From a bacterium (lineage in GTDB: Bacteria > Patescibacteriota > Minisyncoccia > UBA6257 > MFKM01), in the NCBI GenBank assembly GCA_030693325.1, contig JAUYAV010000019.1, positions 65,324 to 129,323 of the forward strand: DNA of 64,000 nt, given 5' to 3'. Below are positions 37,763 to 46,769 of this stretch, piece after piece. The position numbers and the translations under genes were made by a program. Below the pieces are notes generated by a model. The model saw only the letters and a list, made by a program, of their open reading frames with translations. It ran no database searches and was not told where the DNA came from. Every line of letters starts with the position of its first letter. Position 1 is the first letter of the stretch.

Positions 37763-39533
37763 AGATATTTTAACCGACAGGGCGGCGGTGAATGATTTAT
37801 TGGAGGTACCGGTCAAGCCGGTCGTTTTTAGAATTTGTTTCTTGGTTATTCTTTTGGCGGTTTTAACAGCCGCCAGCCGCCTTTTTTCTTTAAATGTTTT
37901 TAAAGCGGATTTTTATCAGCGGCGCGCTTTGGCCAACATCAGCGAGATTGACGTTCAGAAATCCGAACGGGGGATAATTTTTGACCGCTACGGCAAACCC
38001 TTGGTTAAGAACAAACCGATTTTTAACGCGGTTTTAGTGCCTTCGCAATTGCCAAAAGACGGGACAGAGAAAAAAACGGCTTTAAACAAAATCGCCGAGA
38101 TTTTAAATTTGGCGACTGGAGCTTTGGATAAAATTTTTAAGGAATCCGACCTGGAATTCGCCAATCGGATTTTATTGGCTAGTGATTTGCCCCAAAGCAA
38201 GGCTGTTGCCTTACAAGGCGCTAATTTAGCCGGATTACAAATTGAAAACGATTGGCAAAGGGATTACCAGGGTTCTGAGGCTTTCAGTCATTTATTGGGC
38301 TATGTCGGTTTGGTCACCAAAAACGACCTTACTATTGACCCTGATTTAGTGAGCGATGACTTGGTGGGTAAAAGCGGTTTGGAGGCCTATTATGATAATC
38401 AATTAAGAGGCGAAAACGGCATGATAACCAGTTTTAGAAACGCCAAAGGGAAAATTTTGGCTGAAAATTTGACCAAACAATCGGAACCCGGTCAGCCGTT
38501 GAAAACTTTTATTGACGCCGATCTTCAAAATTATTTTTATAATCGCTTAAAGCAAGAATTAAAAAAATTAGGCCGGGATATCGGAGTGGGGATAGCTATT
38601 GACCCGAGAAACGGCGAGATTTTGGCTATGGTCAGCGTGCCGGGGTTTGATGCTAACGATATTGTTGATTCTTTAAATCAGCCGAATCAGCCGTTTTTCA
38701 ACCGGGCCATCGCCGGCCTTTACGCTCCGGGCTCAACAATTAAACCTTTGGTAGCCGTCGCCGCTCTTAATGAAAAAATTATTGACACCAAAAAAGAAAT
38801 TTTTTCCTCCGGCCGGATTGAAATTCCCAATCCTTATCATCCCGACCAGCCGAGTGTTTTTTTGGACTGGAAAGCGAACGGCTGGGTTAATCTTTATTCA
38901 GCCATAGCGCGTTCTTGCAATATTTATTTTTACGCTTTGGGCGGCGGCTTGGAAGACATTAACGGTTTGGGAATTACCAAACTCCGCGATTATTGGCAGC
39001 GTTTCGGTTTGGGCGCTAAAACCAATATTGATTTAGTCGGCGAAAAAGCGGGAGTTCTGCCAGTGCCTTCTTCTGATTGGCGGTTGGGCGACACCTACAA
39101 CGTAAGCATCGGCCAAGGCGACCTTTTAGTCACTCCTTTGCAGTTAGTTAATCACATTACAGCTATTGCCAATGGCGGTAAAATATACCAGCCTCGGATA
39201 GCTCAAACCGAATCAAAAACAATTGAAGACCTTAGTTATTTAAAAGCGGATTTTTCCGAGGTGGAAAAAGGAATGATTGATGCCACTCAAAAGCCCTACG
39301 GCACGGCTTATCTTTTAAATGATTTGCCTTTTGTGACGGCCGCTAAAACCGGAACCGCCCAGATTAATTTCAATACCAAAGTCAACGCTTTGTTTGTCGG
39401 TTATGGTCCAGTGCCAGACCCGCAGGTAGCTATTATGGTTTTAGTGGAAAATGCCAGGGAAGGCAGTTTGAACGTTGTTCCTATAGCCAAGGATGTTTTT
39501 AGGTGGTATTATGAAAACCGAATTATTAAATAA
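37734..39533 (+). CDS. mrdA: Penicillin-binding protein 2
   Basis: RGIIFDRYG, STIK, SCN, KTG motifs. Confidence 0.93.
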   Translation: MKKKTELNLEDILTDRAAVNDLLEVPVKPVVFRICFLVILLAVLTAASRLFSLNVFKADFYQRRALANISEIDVQKSERGIIFDRYGKPLVKNKPIFNAVLVPSQLPKDGTEKKTALNKIAEILNLATGALDKIFKESDLEFANRILLASDLPQSKAVALQGANLAGLQIENDWQRDYQGSEAFSHLLGYVGLVTKNDLTIDPDLVSDDLVGKSGLEAYYDNQLRGENGMITSFRNAKGKILAENLTKQSEPGQPLKTFIDADLQNYFYNRLKQELKKLGRDIGVGIAIDPRNGEILAMVSVPGFDANDIVDSLNQPNQPFFNRAIAGLYAPGSTIKPLVAVAALNEKIIDTKKEIFSSGRIEIPNPYHPDQPSVFLDWKANGWVNLYSAIARSCNIYFYALGGGLEDINGLGITKLRDYWQRFGLGAKTNIDLVGEKAGVLPVPSSDWRLGDTYNVSIGQGDLLVTPLQLVNHITAIANGGKIYQPRIAQTESKTIEDLSYLKADFSEVEKGMIDATQKPYGTAYLLNDLPFVTAAKTGTAQINFNTKVNALFVGYGPVPDPQVAIMVLVENAREGSLNVVPIAKDVFRWYYENRIIK

Positions 39534-39541
39534 TTTTTATT

Positions 39542-40000
39542 ATGACAAGAGTTTATTTAACTAGAGAACGGCTAGTGGAGCTGAAAAATGAATTGGTTGA
39601 TTTGAAAACCAACGCCCGGAAAGAAATATCCGAGCGGCTTAAACAAGCCAAAGAAATGGGAGATCTTTCGGAGAATTCGGAATTTACCAGCGCCCGCGAA
39701 GACCAGGTGCTATTAGAGCATCGGATCGGCCAGCTGGAAGAAATGATTCGCGAAGCGGCTTTAATTCACAAACCCAGCCAAAGCGATACAGTCAAGATCG
39801 GTTCCACTATTAAAGTCCAAAAGGGTAACCAGTTTTTTACTTACACCATCGTTGGCCCCGAAGACAGCAAGCCAGGCAAAGGCCTGATTTCCAACGAATC
39901 GCCTTTAGGCAAAGCATTTTTAGGGAAAAAATCAGATGATATAGTAAAAGCGCAGACCCCGGTTGGACTGGCTGAATATAAAATCATAAAAATAGGATAA
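39542..40000 (+). CDS. greA: Transcription elongation factor GreA
   Basis: GDLSENSE, ISNESPLGKA. Confidence 0.95.
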   Translation: MTRVYLTRERLVELKNELVDLKTNARKEISERLKQAKEMGDLSENSEFTSAREDQVLLEHRIGQLEEMIREAALIHKPSQSDTVKIGSTIKVQKGNQFFTYTIVGPEDSKPGKGLISNESPLGKAFLGKKSDDIVKAQTPVGLAEYKIIKIG

Positions 40001-40019
40001 AAATTCAAATATTGAATTC

Positions 40020-41435
40020 ATGTTAGAAGATATTATCAAAGAAAGACGCAGAAAATTAGAAAAAATTCTCAAACAAGGAGTTAATCCTTATCCTTCTTCG
40101 GCAAAGCGGACGGCTTTAACAGCTGAAGTTTTGGAAAATTTTAATCGTTGGGAGAAAAGCAAAAAGATTTTATTTTTGGTCGGGCGGTTGCGGGCTTGGC
40201 GCGATCAGGGCGGAATAATTTTTGCCAACTTGGAAGATGAAACCGGCCGATTCCAATTGGTATTTAACGAAAAGCAAACCAAACAATTTGTTTCTTTTAA
40301 AGAAACTTTGGACATTGGTGATTTTGTTGAAGTTTCAGGCAAACTTTTCAAAACCAAAAGAGGGGAGAAAAGTTTGGCCGTGAATTCCGGCCGGATTATC
40401 AGTAAAAGTTTAAGGCCTTTGCCGACCGAATGGTTCGGTCTTAAAGACGCCGAAGAGCGTTTTCGCCGCCGCTATCTTGATTTACTTTTGAATCCCGAAG
40501 TTAAAACCCGTCTGCAAAAACGCTCGGAGATAACCGGCGAACTCCGGAAATTGCTTTGGGCTGATGGATTTTTGGAGGTGGAAACGCCGATGCTTCAGCC
40601 AATGCCTGGCGGCGCCAAAGCCAAGCCCTTTAAAACGCGTTGGGAGGCCTTGCGCGAAGACGTTTACTTAAGAATCGCCCCGGAATTGTATCTCAAAAGA
40701 TTATTGGTCGGAGGTTTTGAAAAAATTTTTGAAATCGGCAAGAATTTCCGCAATGAAGGAATAGACCGCGAACATTATCCCGAATTTACCATGTTGGAAC
40801 TTTATTGGGCTTATCAGGATTACAGCTCTTTAATGAAATTCACCAAGAAAATTTTGTTGAAACTGGTCAAGAGTTTGAAATTAAAATCAACGGTTTTTAA
40901 TCATCCGTGGCAGACCTTCACTTTTGATGAAGTTCTGAAAAAATTCACCCCGCACCACTTTATACATAAAAGTGGTGCTGGGTTCATCAAATCTTCGCAA
41001 CGGAGTAATCTTTCAAATCTAAATCCCGAAGAGGCCGCCGAAATTTTCAAAAAAGAAATTTGCCCCAAACTAATCAATCCCACTTTTATTATTGATTATC
41101 CCGCGGCTATTTCCCCCTTGGCCAAATCTTCTTTAAAAGATTCTCATTTGGTTGAAAGATTCCAGTTGGTGGTTAATGGTTGGGAATTGGTTAACGGCTA
41201 TTCTGAGTTGAATAACCCCGAAGAACAGCGTCGCCGCTTGGAAGAACAGGAAAAAAGATATCTGGCCGGCGACCAGGAATTGTCACGGGTTGATCAGGAT
41301 TTTCTTGAGGCCTTGGAATACGGAATGCCGCCGGCCGCCGGCTTGGGCATAGGAATTGACAGATTAGTGGCTATTTTAACGGAAAGTCACGGCATCAGAG
41401 AAATAATCAGTTTCCCGATGCTTAAAGGCAAATAA
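40020..41435 (+). CDS. lysS: Lysine--tRNA ligase (class II)
   Basis: RRRYLDL, YLRIAPELYLKRL, YGMPPAAGLGIGIDRL. Confidence 0.96.
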   Translation: MLEDIIKERRRKLEKILKQGVNPYPSSAKRTALTAEVLENFNRWEKSKKILFLVGRLRAWRDQGGIIFANLEDETGRFQLVFNEKQTKQFVSFKETLDIGDFVEVSGKLFKTKRGEKSLAVNSGRIISKSLRPLPTEWFGLKDAEERFRRRYLDLLLNPEVKTRLQKRSEITGELRKLLWADGFLEVETPMLQPMPGGAKAKPFKTRWEALREDVYLRIAPELYLKRLLVGGFEKIFEIGKNFRNEGIDREHYPEFTMLELYWAYQDYSSLMKFTKKILLKLVKSLKLKSTVFNHPWQTFTFDEVLKKFTPHHFIHKSGAGFIKSSQRSNLSNLNPEEAAEIFKKEICPKLINPTFIIDYPAAISPLAKSSLKDSHLVERFQLVVNGWELVNGYSELNNPEEQRRRLEEQEKRYLAGDQELSRVDQDFLEALEYGMPPAAGLGIGIDRLVAILTESHGIREIISFPMLKGK

Positions 41436-41451
41436 TAATTTATTTAATTAT

Positions 41452-42774
41452 ATGCTAGACGTAAAATTTATCAGAGACAATCCGGAGTTGGTTAAAGAAG
41501 GAATCGCCAAAAAAAGAGCTGACCCTAAATTGGTGGATTCTTTTTTGCGGCTGGACGAGGACTGGCGGACTAAAGTCGCGGCCATTGACGAATTGCGCTC
41601 GGAGCATAATTTGAATAACACGGAATTGGCCAAACATCAGACCGATGATTTGCTCAGCAAAGCGGAAATTTTAAAAAAACAATTAATCAAACTGGAGGAT
41701 GACAAAAAAGATTTAGAGGAACGCCGTCAAGCCAAGCTTAATTTAATACCCAATTTACCTGATGCCGATGCGCTGTTGGGAAAAAACGAAACCGAAAATC
41801 AAGTTATAAAGGAAGTCGGTAAAAAACCTGAATTTTCCGCCAAAGGCGGATCCGCCGCAGGTGGAGATTTTGTTCCCAAGGATTATCTTTCTTTGGCCGA
41901 GAAACTCGGCATTATTGACGTGAAGCGAGCCGCCAAGGTTTCAGGTAGCCGTTTTGGCTATCTTCTGGGCACGGCCGCTCTTTTGGAGTTCGCTTTAATC
42001 AATTTCGCGATAAAACGCCTTCTTGACGAAGATTTTATTTCCGAAATAATCAAGAAAAATAATCTTAATATTTCCAAAAAGGCCTTTATTCCGGTTATAC
42101 CGCCGGTTTTAATCAACCGGAAATCAATGTGGGGGATGGGCTATCTGGACCAGGCCGCCGATGAAATTTATCATTTGGAAAAAGACGATCTTTATCTAGT
42201 GGGCACTTCGGAACAGTCGCTTGGAACGATGCACCAGGACGAAACTTTTAAAGAAAACGAGTTGCCTAAACGTTATGTCGGATTTTCTACCTGTTTTCGC
42301 CGTGAAGCCGGTTCTTACGGTAAAGATACTAAAGGCATTTTGCGAGTTCATCAGTTTAATAAACTGGAAATGTTCAGTTTCACTACTCCGGAAACTTCCA
42401 AAGAAGAACATAAATTATTTTTGGCGATTGAGGAGGCCTTGATGCAGGAACTGGAAATTCCTTATCGGGTAATGAATATTTGCACCGGCGATTTGGGCGC
42501 GCCGGCCGCTTCAAAATTTGACATTGAAGCGTGGTTCCCGAGCGAGAATATTTACCGCGAAACCCATTCCACTTCCAACTGCACCGATTATCAGGCGCGA
42601 AGATTAAATACCCGTTATAAAAACAAAGCCGGAAAGACGAATTTTGTTCATATGGTAAACGGCACGGTTTTTTCCCAGCGGCCCATCCTCTCCATTATTG
42701 AAAATTATCAAACCAAAGAAGGCGCTATAAACATTCCCAAGGTTTTGAGTTTTTATTTTGAGAAGCTAAAGTAG
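41452..42774 (+). CDS. serS: Serine--tRNA ligase
   Basis: GTSE, FRREAG, RVHQF, SNCTDYQARR. Confidence 0.96.
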   Translation: MLDVKFIRDNPELVKEGIAKKRADPKLVDSFLRLDEDWRTKVAAIDELRSEHNLNNTELAKHQTDDLLSKAEILKKQLIKLEDDKKDLEERRQAKLNLIPNLPDADALLGKNETENQVIKEVGKKPEFSAKGGSAAGGDFVPKDYLSLAEKLGIIDVKRAAKVSGSRFGYLLGTAALLEFALINFAIKRLLDEDFISEIIKKNNLNISKKAFIPVIPPVLINRKSMWGMGYLDQAADEIYHLEKDDLYLVGTSEQSLGTMHQDETFKENELPKRYVGFSTCFRREAGSYGKDTKGILRVHQFNKLEMFSFTTPETSKEEHKLFLAIEEALMQELEIPYRVMNICTGDLGAPAASKFDIEAWFPSENIYRETHSTSNCTDYQARRLNTRYKNKAGKTNFVHMVNGTVFSQRPILSIIENYQTKEGAINIPKVLSFYFEKLK

Positions 42775-42841
42775 GAATTTTTGATAGTTTAATTCTCCTA
42801 GGTAGAGCCACAGCAATGGGTTTGGTCTATATTTCTAGAGC

Positions 42842-42859
42842 GATATACTTAAGTATATC
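42842..42859. promoter_or_regulatory. 18-bp palindrome GATATACTTAAGTATATC (downstream copy)
   Basis: Perfect palindrome; further copies at 43265, 43331, 43464, 43657. Confidence 0.75.
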
Positions 42860-42866
42860 ATGAAAA

Positions 42867-43256
42867 CTAAATAATGCTTTGGGCGCCTTTATAGCTTGGA
42901 AGCAATGGTTTGTATTTTTTCCCCTTCCTTGCCTCAATATCCAATAATTCTCTTGATTTAAAATTCTTTTTTATGATTCTTTTTCTTGGCTTCTTAAACC
43001 CACTTTTGACAAAACTTATGGTTTTCAAAGTTATGGCCAACTCTCTACTGATTTCTCTATAACTTAATCCTTTCTCCAAAAAATAAAAAATACCCAATCT
43101 TTTTTCAAAGACAATCTTTTCTTGGGGAGTAAAATATTTATCCGAAAAAGCGTCAAATTCTTCATAATTTTTTATATTTTTAATCTCTCGCAAAAACCGC
43201 GTCCAAATATCTTCCTTGAATTTTTTATCAAAATATTTTTTACAGGTCGTGGACAT
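42867..43256 (-). CDS. TrpR/YerC-like helix-turn-helix protein
   Basis: FTPQEKIVFEKRL..LEKGLSYREISRELAITLKTISFV pattern. Confidence 0.75.
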   Translation of the reverse strand: MSTTCKKYFDKKFKEDIWTRFLREIKNIKNYEEFDAFSDKYFTPQEKIVFEKRLGIFYFLEKGLSYREISRELAITLKTISFVKSGFKKPRKRIIKKNFKSRELLDIEARKGKKYKPLLPSYKGAQSII

Positions 43257-43264
43257 ATTGAAAC

Positions 43265-43857
43265 GATATACTTAAGTATATCACCGTGGCTTAATTTAAG
43301 AATAAAACCCAATCAAATGATGTGTTAAGCGATATACTTAAGTATAACACTGTTGAAAAAAATATAAAATAAAAATAAATAAAAATATCGGATTTGTTCC
43401 AACACCGATAAGTTAATCCAACGCCTTAATCAAATACTCCAATCAAAAAGAGAGTCATATGCTGATATACTTAAGTATATCAGCATTAAAGAGATTTTCT
43501 TCTAGAATTTTTTGAGGGGCCGGAACAATCTAAAAAAGATGATCTAAGTTGGCTGAAAGAGATGGATTTAGAGGATATAAAAACTTAACTTTGGAATAAG
43601 GAGGAATAATCCATTCTTACGAGGTTTAACCTCGTAAGAATCTCTACTCCTACACTGATATACTTAAGTATATCAGCTTCGTAGATTACGATGGATTTGC
43701 TCCGACTTTGTCGAGAGTCTCCGACAGGAGTCGCGAGTCATCGGACCTCGATGAAATCGGGACAATTTTGAATCGCTTCTAAACATTATCGAGGTTCGAC
43801 CTCGATAATGTAAAAATTTTTATACTTAAGTCAACTATTGAGATTCAATCTCAATAG
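43265..43857. repeat. Cluster of palindromes: four GATATACTTAAGTATA(T/A)C copies plus other hairpins
   Basis: 43265-82, 43331-48, 43459-86, 43655-76; CGAGG-N5-CCTCG hairpins at about 43613-43641 and 43783-43811; hairpin at 43835-43857. Confidence 0.75.
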
Positions 43858-43864
43858 AAAAATT

Positions 43865-44281
43865 TTATGGGCACCCCGTGATAAGACCATCTTTAATAGT
43901 TGCTTGGCATTTGGTAGTACAAGTGGCATCTGCGCAAAGCCAATATGAAGCGCTATTGGTTAAACCTTGCGTTCCGTCTCCCGAGTAATAATCATTTGCT
44001 CGCAGTGTTCCATTTACTTCTAAAAGATAACTCGGCCCCGCCGTCCCGATGCCGACGTTGCCGTTATCTAATACTGCCATTCTCCATCCACCTGAATAAA
44101 ATCCTGTCCAATCTTCTGCGTCACCTCCACGGCCTATAAAAACTGTATCAGTTGTTGGAGTTCCTGATTCTGTAAACCATATACCACCGCCATTCCCGCC
44201 CGTACCACGAGTCCTTATTCTTCCGACAGTATCTAAAATGTATCCCGGCACCGTCGTCCCGATGCCGACGTTGCCAGAATT
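43865..44281 (-). other. Start-less alternative C-terminal cassette(s) of the pilin-adhesin
   Basis: Open frame begins NSGNVGIGTTVPG immediately after the upstream stop, in another frame, with no SD or ATG; contains two GNVGIGT repeats. Confidence 0.7.
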
Positions 44282-46481
44282 TTTAATTAACTTTACAACA
44301 AATAGCTATACACTTATTACCGTACCCGCCACCGCTATAAGTATAGCAATTACAACCATCTGCGACGGGCATGGCAGTTTGGCCTTCTCCTCCTGGAGCA
44401 CATCCTGTTAGGCTATATCCAGCTGGACATGTAGCAGAAGTATAGGTACCTATTGCCGAGTCAGTAGTGACTGCAGTACACGTCAACCCCGTGCCACTCA
44501 ATGTTTTGCTATTAAAACTAGTTGCAATCGCAGCACCGTTTACATCTAACTTCGCCCCCGGACTCGCCGTCCCGATGCCGACGTTGCCGCTAACACTCAA
44601 ATCACTGGCAGTTATCACGCCGTAAGGCGCGGTTGGAGGAGTGAAATTAGAAGTCCAGCGGGCGATGCCCTTGGAGATACGGACTTCGTCTATCCAGCCA
44701 TTAAGATACATTGCTCCACCAGTCGAACCCATAACTAAAACGGATGCAGAATTAGGGAGTGTTCCTAATCCTGTAGTTGTTGATCCTACCTGTATTCCAT
44801 CTTTGAATATTCTTAAATTGTCGCCATTCCTTACAACTGCAAAATGATACCAAACATTAGTTGTATAGGTTACCGCACCTCCTACACTAGCAACTACACC
44901 TGAGTTTATTGAATAAAAAGATATTTGCTCACCACCATATCCTCCAAAATAGAAATATGGGTCAGAAACGCCTTGACCTACAAAGCCAGCCCAACCAGAT
45001 ACACTATTAAATTTTACCCAACTATCAATAGTAAAATCTCCAGTACCAAAATCCCAATCAGCACTATCTGGAACAGTAAGATAATCCGTGCTTCCGTTGA
45101 ACACGGCGCTTTTTGAACCAAACTTATACTGAGCGGTGGTTTGGGTGGCAGAGCCAACAGCGGTAACGGCTTTGCCTGTTGCCGAATCACTGAAGGAAGT
45201 TCCCGAACCCTCCATATGGAGTAATAACTTGTTGTAGCTGTCCGTTGTCTGCAATCCTTGGGGAGCGTTTATCAATCCGGCCACGTCTAATATATAACCC
45301 GGGTTAATTGTCCCGATGCCGACGTTGCCGGAGGAATTTACAACAAGGGCGTCAACTGCAGTAGGCGTAAGATATCTGACGATGACGATGCCTGAACCAC
45401 CAGCATAGCCTGGTGATGTTGCATACCGACCATCACCACCATTTCCACTATTTGCTGCACCTGCCGCAGAACCTCCACCACCATGACCACCTGCTGCATA
45501 GGTTATTGAAGCACCTGAAATAGAGTTCGCTGTCCCATTTCCTCCTACGCCTCCATTATGCAAAGGATTATTTGTTGGAGCCGAACCAACACTTGCTGAC
45601 CCTCCTCCTCCACCGCCACCTGCACCGCCTCCAGCATAACCATTCTGACCACCATTATACCCTTGGCTACCTGTTCCTACAGTTGCTGGACCATAATTGA
45701 AATAACCGGCGCCACCTCCGCTTCCTCCATTAACTCCGTTAGGTAGATTATTATCCTGTCCTGCAATCCACCCAGCCCCTCCACCACCACCGCCATTAGC
45801 AGTAATAGTTGAAAATACGGAATTATTACCAGAAGAACCTTTTACATACGCTCCAACTCCACCTGCACCACCATTACCAACAGTAACTGTGTAAGCTTGC
45901 GCAGTAACTGCTAAAGAAGCATTATATTGATAACCTCCTGCTCCTCCTCCACCCGCACCACCATTACCTGATGAACCTCCACCACCCCCACCTGCTACAA
46001 CAAGAACTTCTACATTTCTAGAAACATTTGGAGTGAAGGTTCCACCAGGATATGTAAAGGTATGAATAGTGTAACCCCCGATATATGTTATTGTTCCACC
46101 AGTAGCAGAAGATGTTGGTGTTACTTTTACATGTAAGGGTCCAGCCGGCGCTGTCGTCCCGATGCCGACGCTGCCGTCATTTAAAATTACCATTTTTCTT
46201 GCATCAGTATCGGCGCTGGCGAATGTTCCAAAAACAATATCATAGCGAGACATAATACCCAAATTTCTTCTACCTGAAGCGTTATAAGAAAATATTGATT
46301 GCCTGAAACTATCATCAGTGCCATCTGTTAAATTTATTACAGCACCCAAGGTAGTCATATCTGGAAAATAACTTGAGCTAACAAACGCACCCGCAGTACT
46401 TCCAATTTGTACTTGTTTGTAAGTATCCCCTTGCACCTGCAACTTTGACAATGGATTCGCCGTCCCGATGCCCACGTTCCC
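44042..46481 (-). repeat. Six direct copies of 21-nt GGCAACGTCGGCATCGGGACG (GNVGIGT)
   Basis: 44042-62, 44255-75, 44568-88 exact; 45309-29 and 46155-75 one mismatch; 46461-81 two mismatches. Confidence 0.92.
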
Positions 46482-46754
46482 GGCGTTGGTATTGTAGATA
46501 TTAGTGGAAGAAGCGGCCCAACCCACGCCTCCAAGAACAGACCAAGCGCCGCTCGCGTAACCCCGGAAAGCGTTGCTCGCGGTATTGTAGTAGATAGACC
46601 CGTTCTGGGCTCCGGCCACGGGGTCGTTAATCAGCTGGCCCACATTGAGGAGATTGGAAATGTTGATGTCTTTCCATTTGTAAGTGGCATCACCCAGGGA
46701 AAAAGAATTGTTGGTATTGGGAATCAAACTATCGTCAAAGGTGGCGGCGCTCAC
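44283..46754 (-). CDS. Modular adhesin-like region (glycine-rich, LamG/ConA-like and Cys-rich modules); in-frame continuation of the prepilin ORF
   Basis: VEVLVVAGGGGGG..GGSGIVIVRY; DFTIDSWV..WYHFAVVR..GWIDEVRISKG; CPAGY..C..CIAICCK. Confidence 0.8.
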   Translation of the reverse strand: MSAATFDDSLIPNTNNSFSLGDATYKWKDINISNLLNVGQLINDPVAGAQNGSIYYNTASNAFRGYASGAWSVLGGVGWAASSTNIYNTNAGNVGIGTANPLSKLQVQGDTYKQVQIGSTAGAFVSSSYFPDMTTLGAVINLTDGTDDSFRQSIFSYNASGRRNLGIMSRYDIVFGTFASADTDARKMVILNDGSVGIGTTAPAGPLHVKVTPTSSATGGTITYIGGYTIHTFTYPGGTFTPNVSRNVEVLVVAGGGGGGSSGNGGAGGGGAGGYQYNASLAVTAQAYTVTVGNGGAGGVGAYVKGSSGNNSVFSTITANGGGGGGAGWIAGQDNNLPNGVNGGSGGGAGYFNYGPATVGTGSQGYNGGQNGYAGGGAGGGGGGGSASVGSAPTNNPLHNGGVGGNGTANSISGASITYAAGGHGGGGSAAGAANSGNGGDGRYATSPGYAGGSGIVIVRYLTPTAVDALVVNSSGNVGIGTINPGYILDVAGLINAPQGLQTTDSYNKLLLHMEGSGTSFSDSATGKAVTAVGSATQTTAQYKFGSKSAVFNGSTDYLTVPDSADWDFGTGDFTIDSWVKFNSVSGWAGFVGQGVSDPYFYFGGYGGEQISFYSINSGVVASVGGAVTYTTNVWYHFAVVRNGDNLRIFKDGIQVGSTTTGLGTLPNSASVLVMGSTGGAMYLNGWIDEVRISKGIARWTSNFTPPTAPYGVITASDLSVSGNVGIGTASPGAKLDVNGAAIATSFNSKTLSGTGLTCTAVTTDSAIGTYTSATCPAGYSLTGCAPGGEGQTAMPVADGCNCYTYSGGGYGNKCIAICCKVN

Positions 46755-46769
46755 TCTGCCGATGGCGAT

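Noticed and set aside
43265-43676. Palindrome copies as a CRISPR array
   Set aside because: Repeat only 18 bp, spacings irregular (66, 133, 193) and no cas genes in the window.
44042-46481. 21-nt repeats as CRISPR or as a diversity-generating retroelement
   Set aside because: Spacers are 200-850 bp coding modules; no reverse transcriptase and no TR/VR pair differing at adenines.
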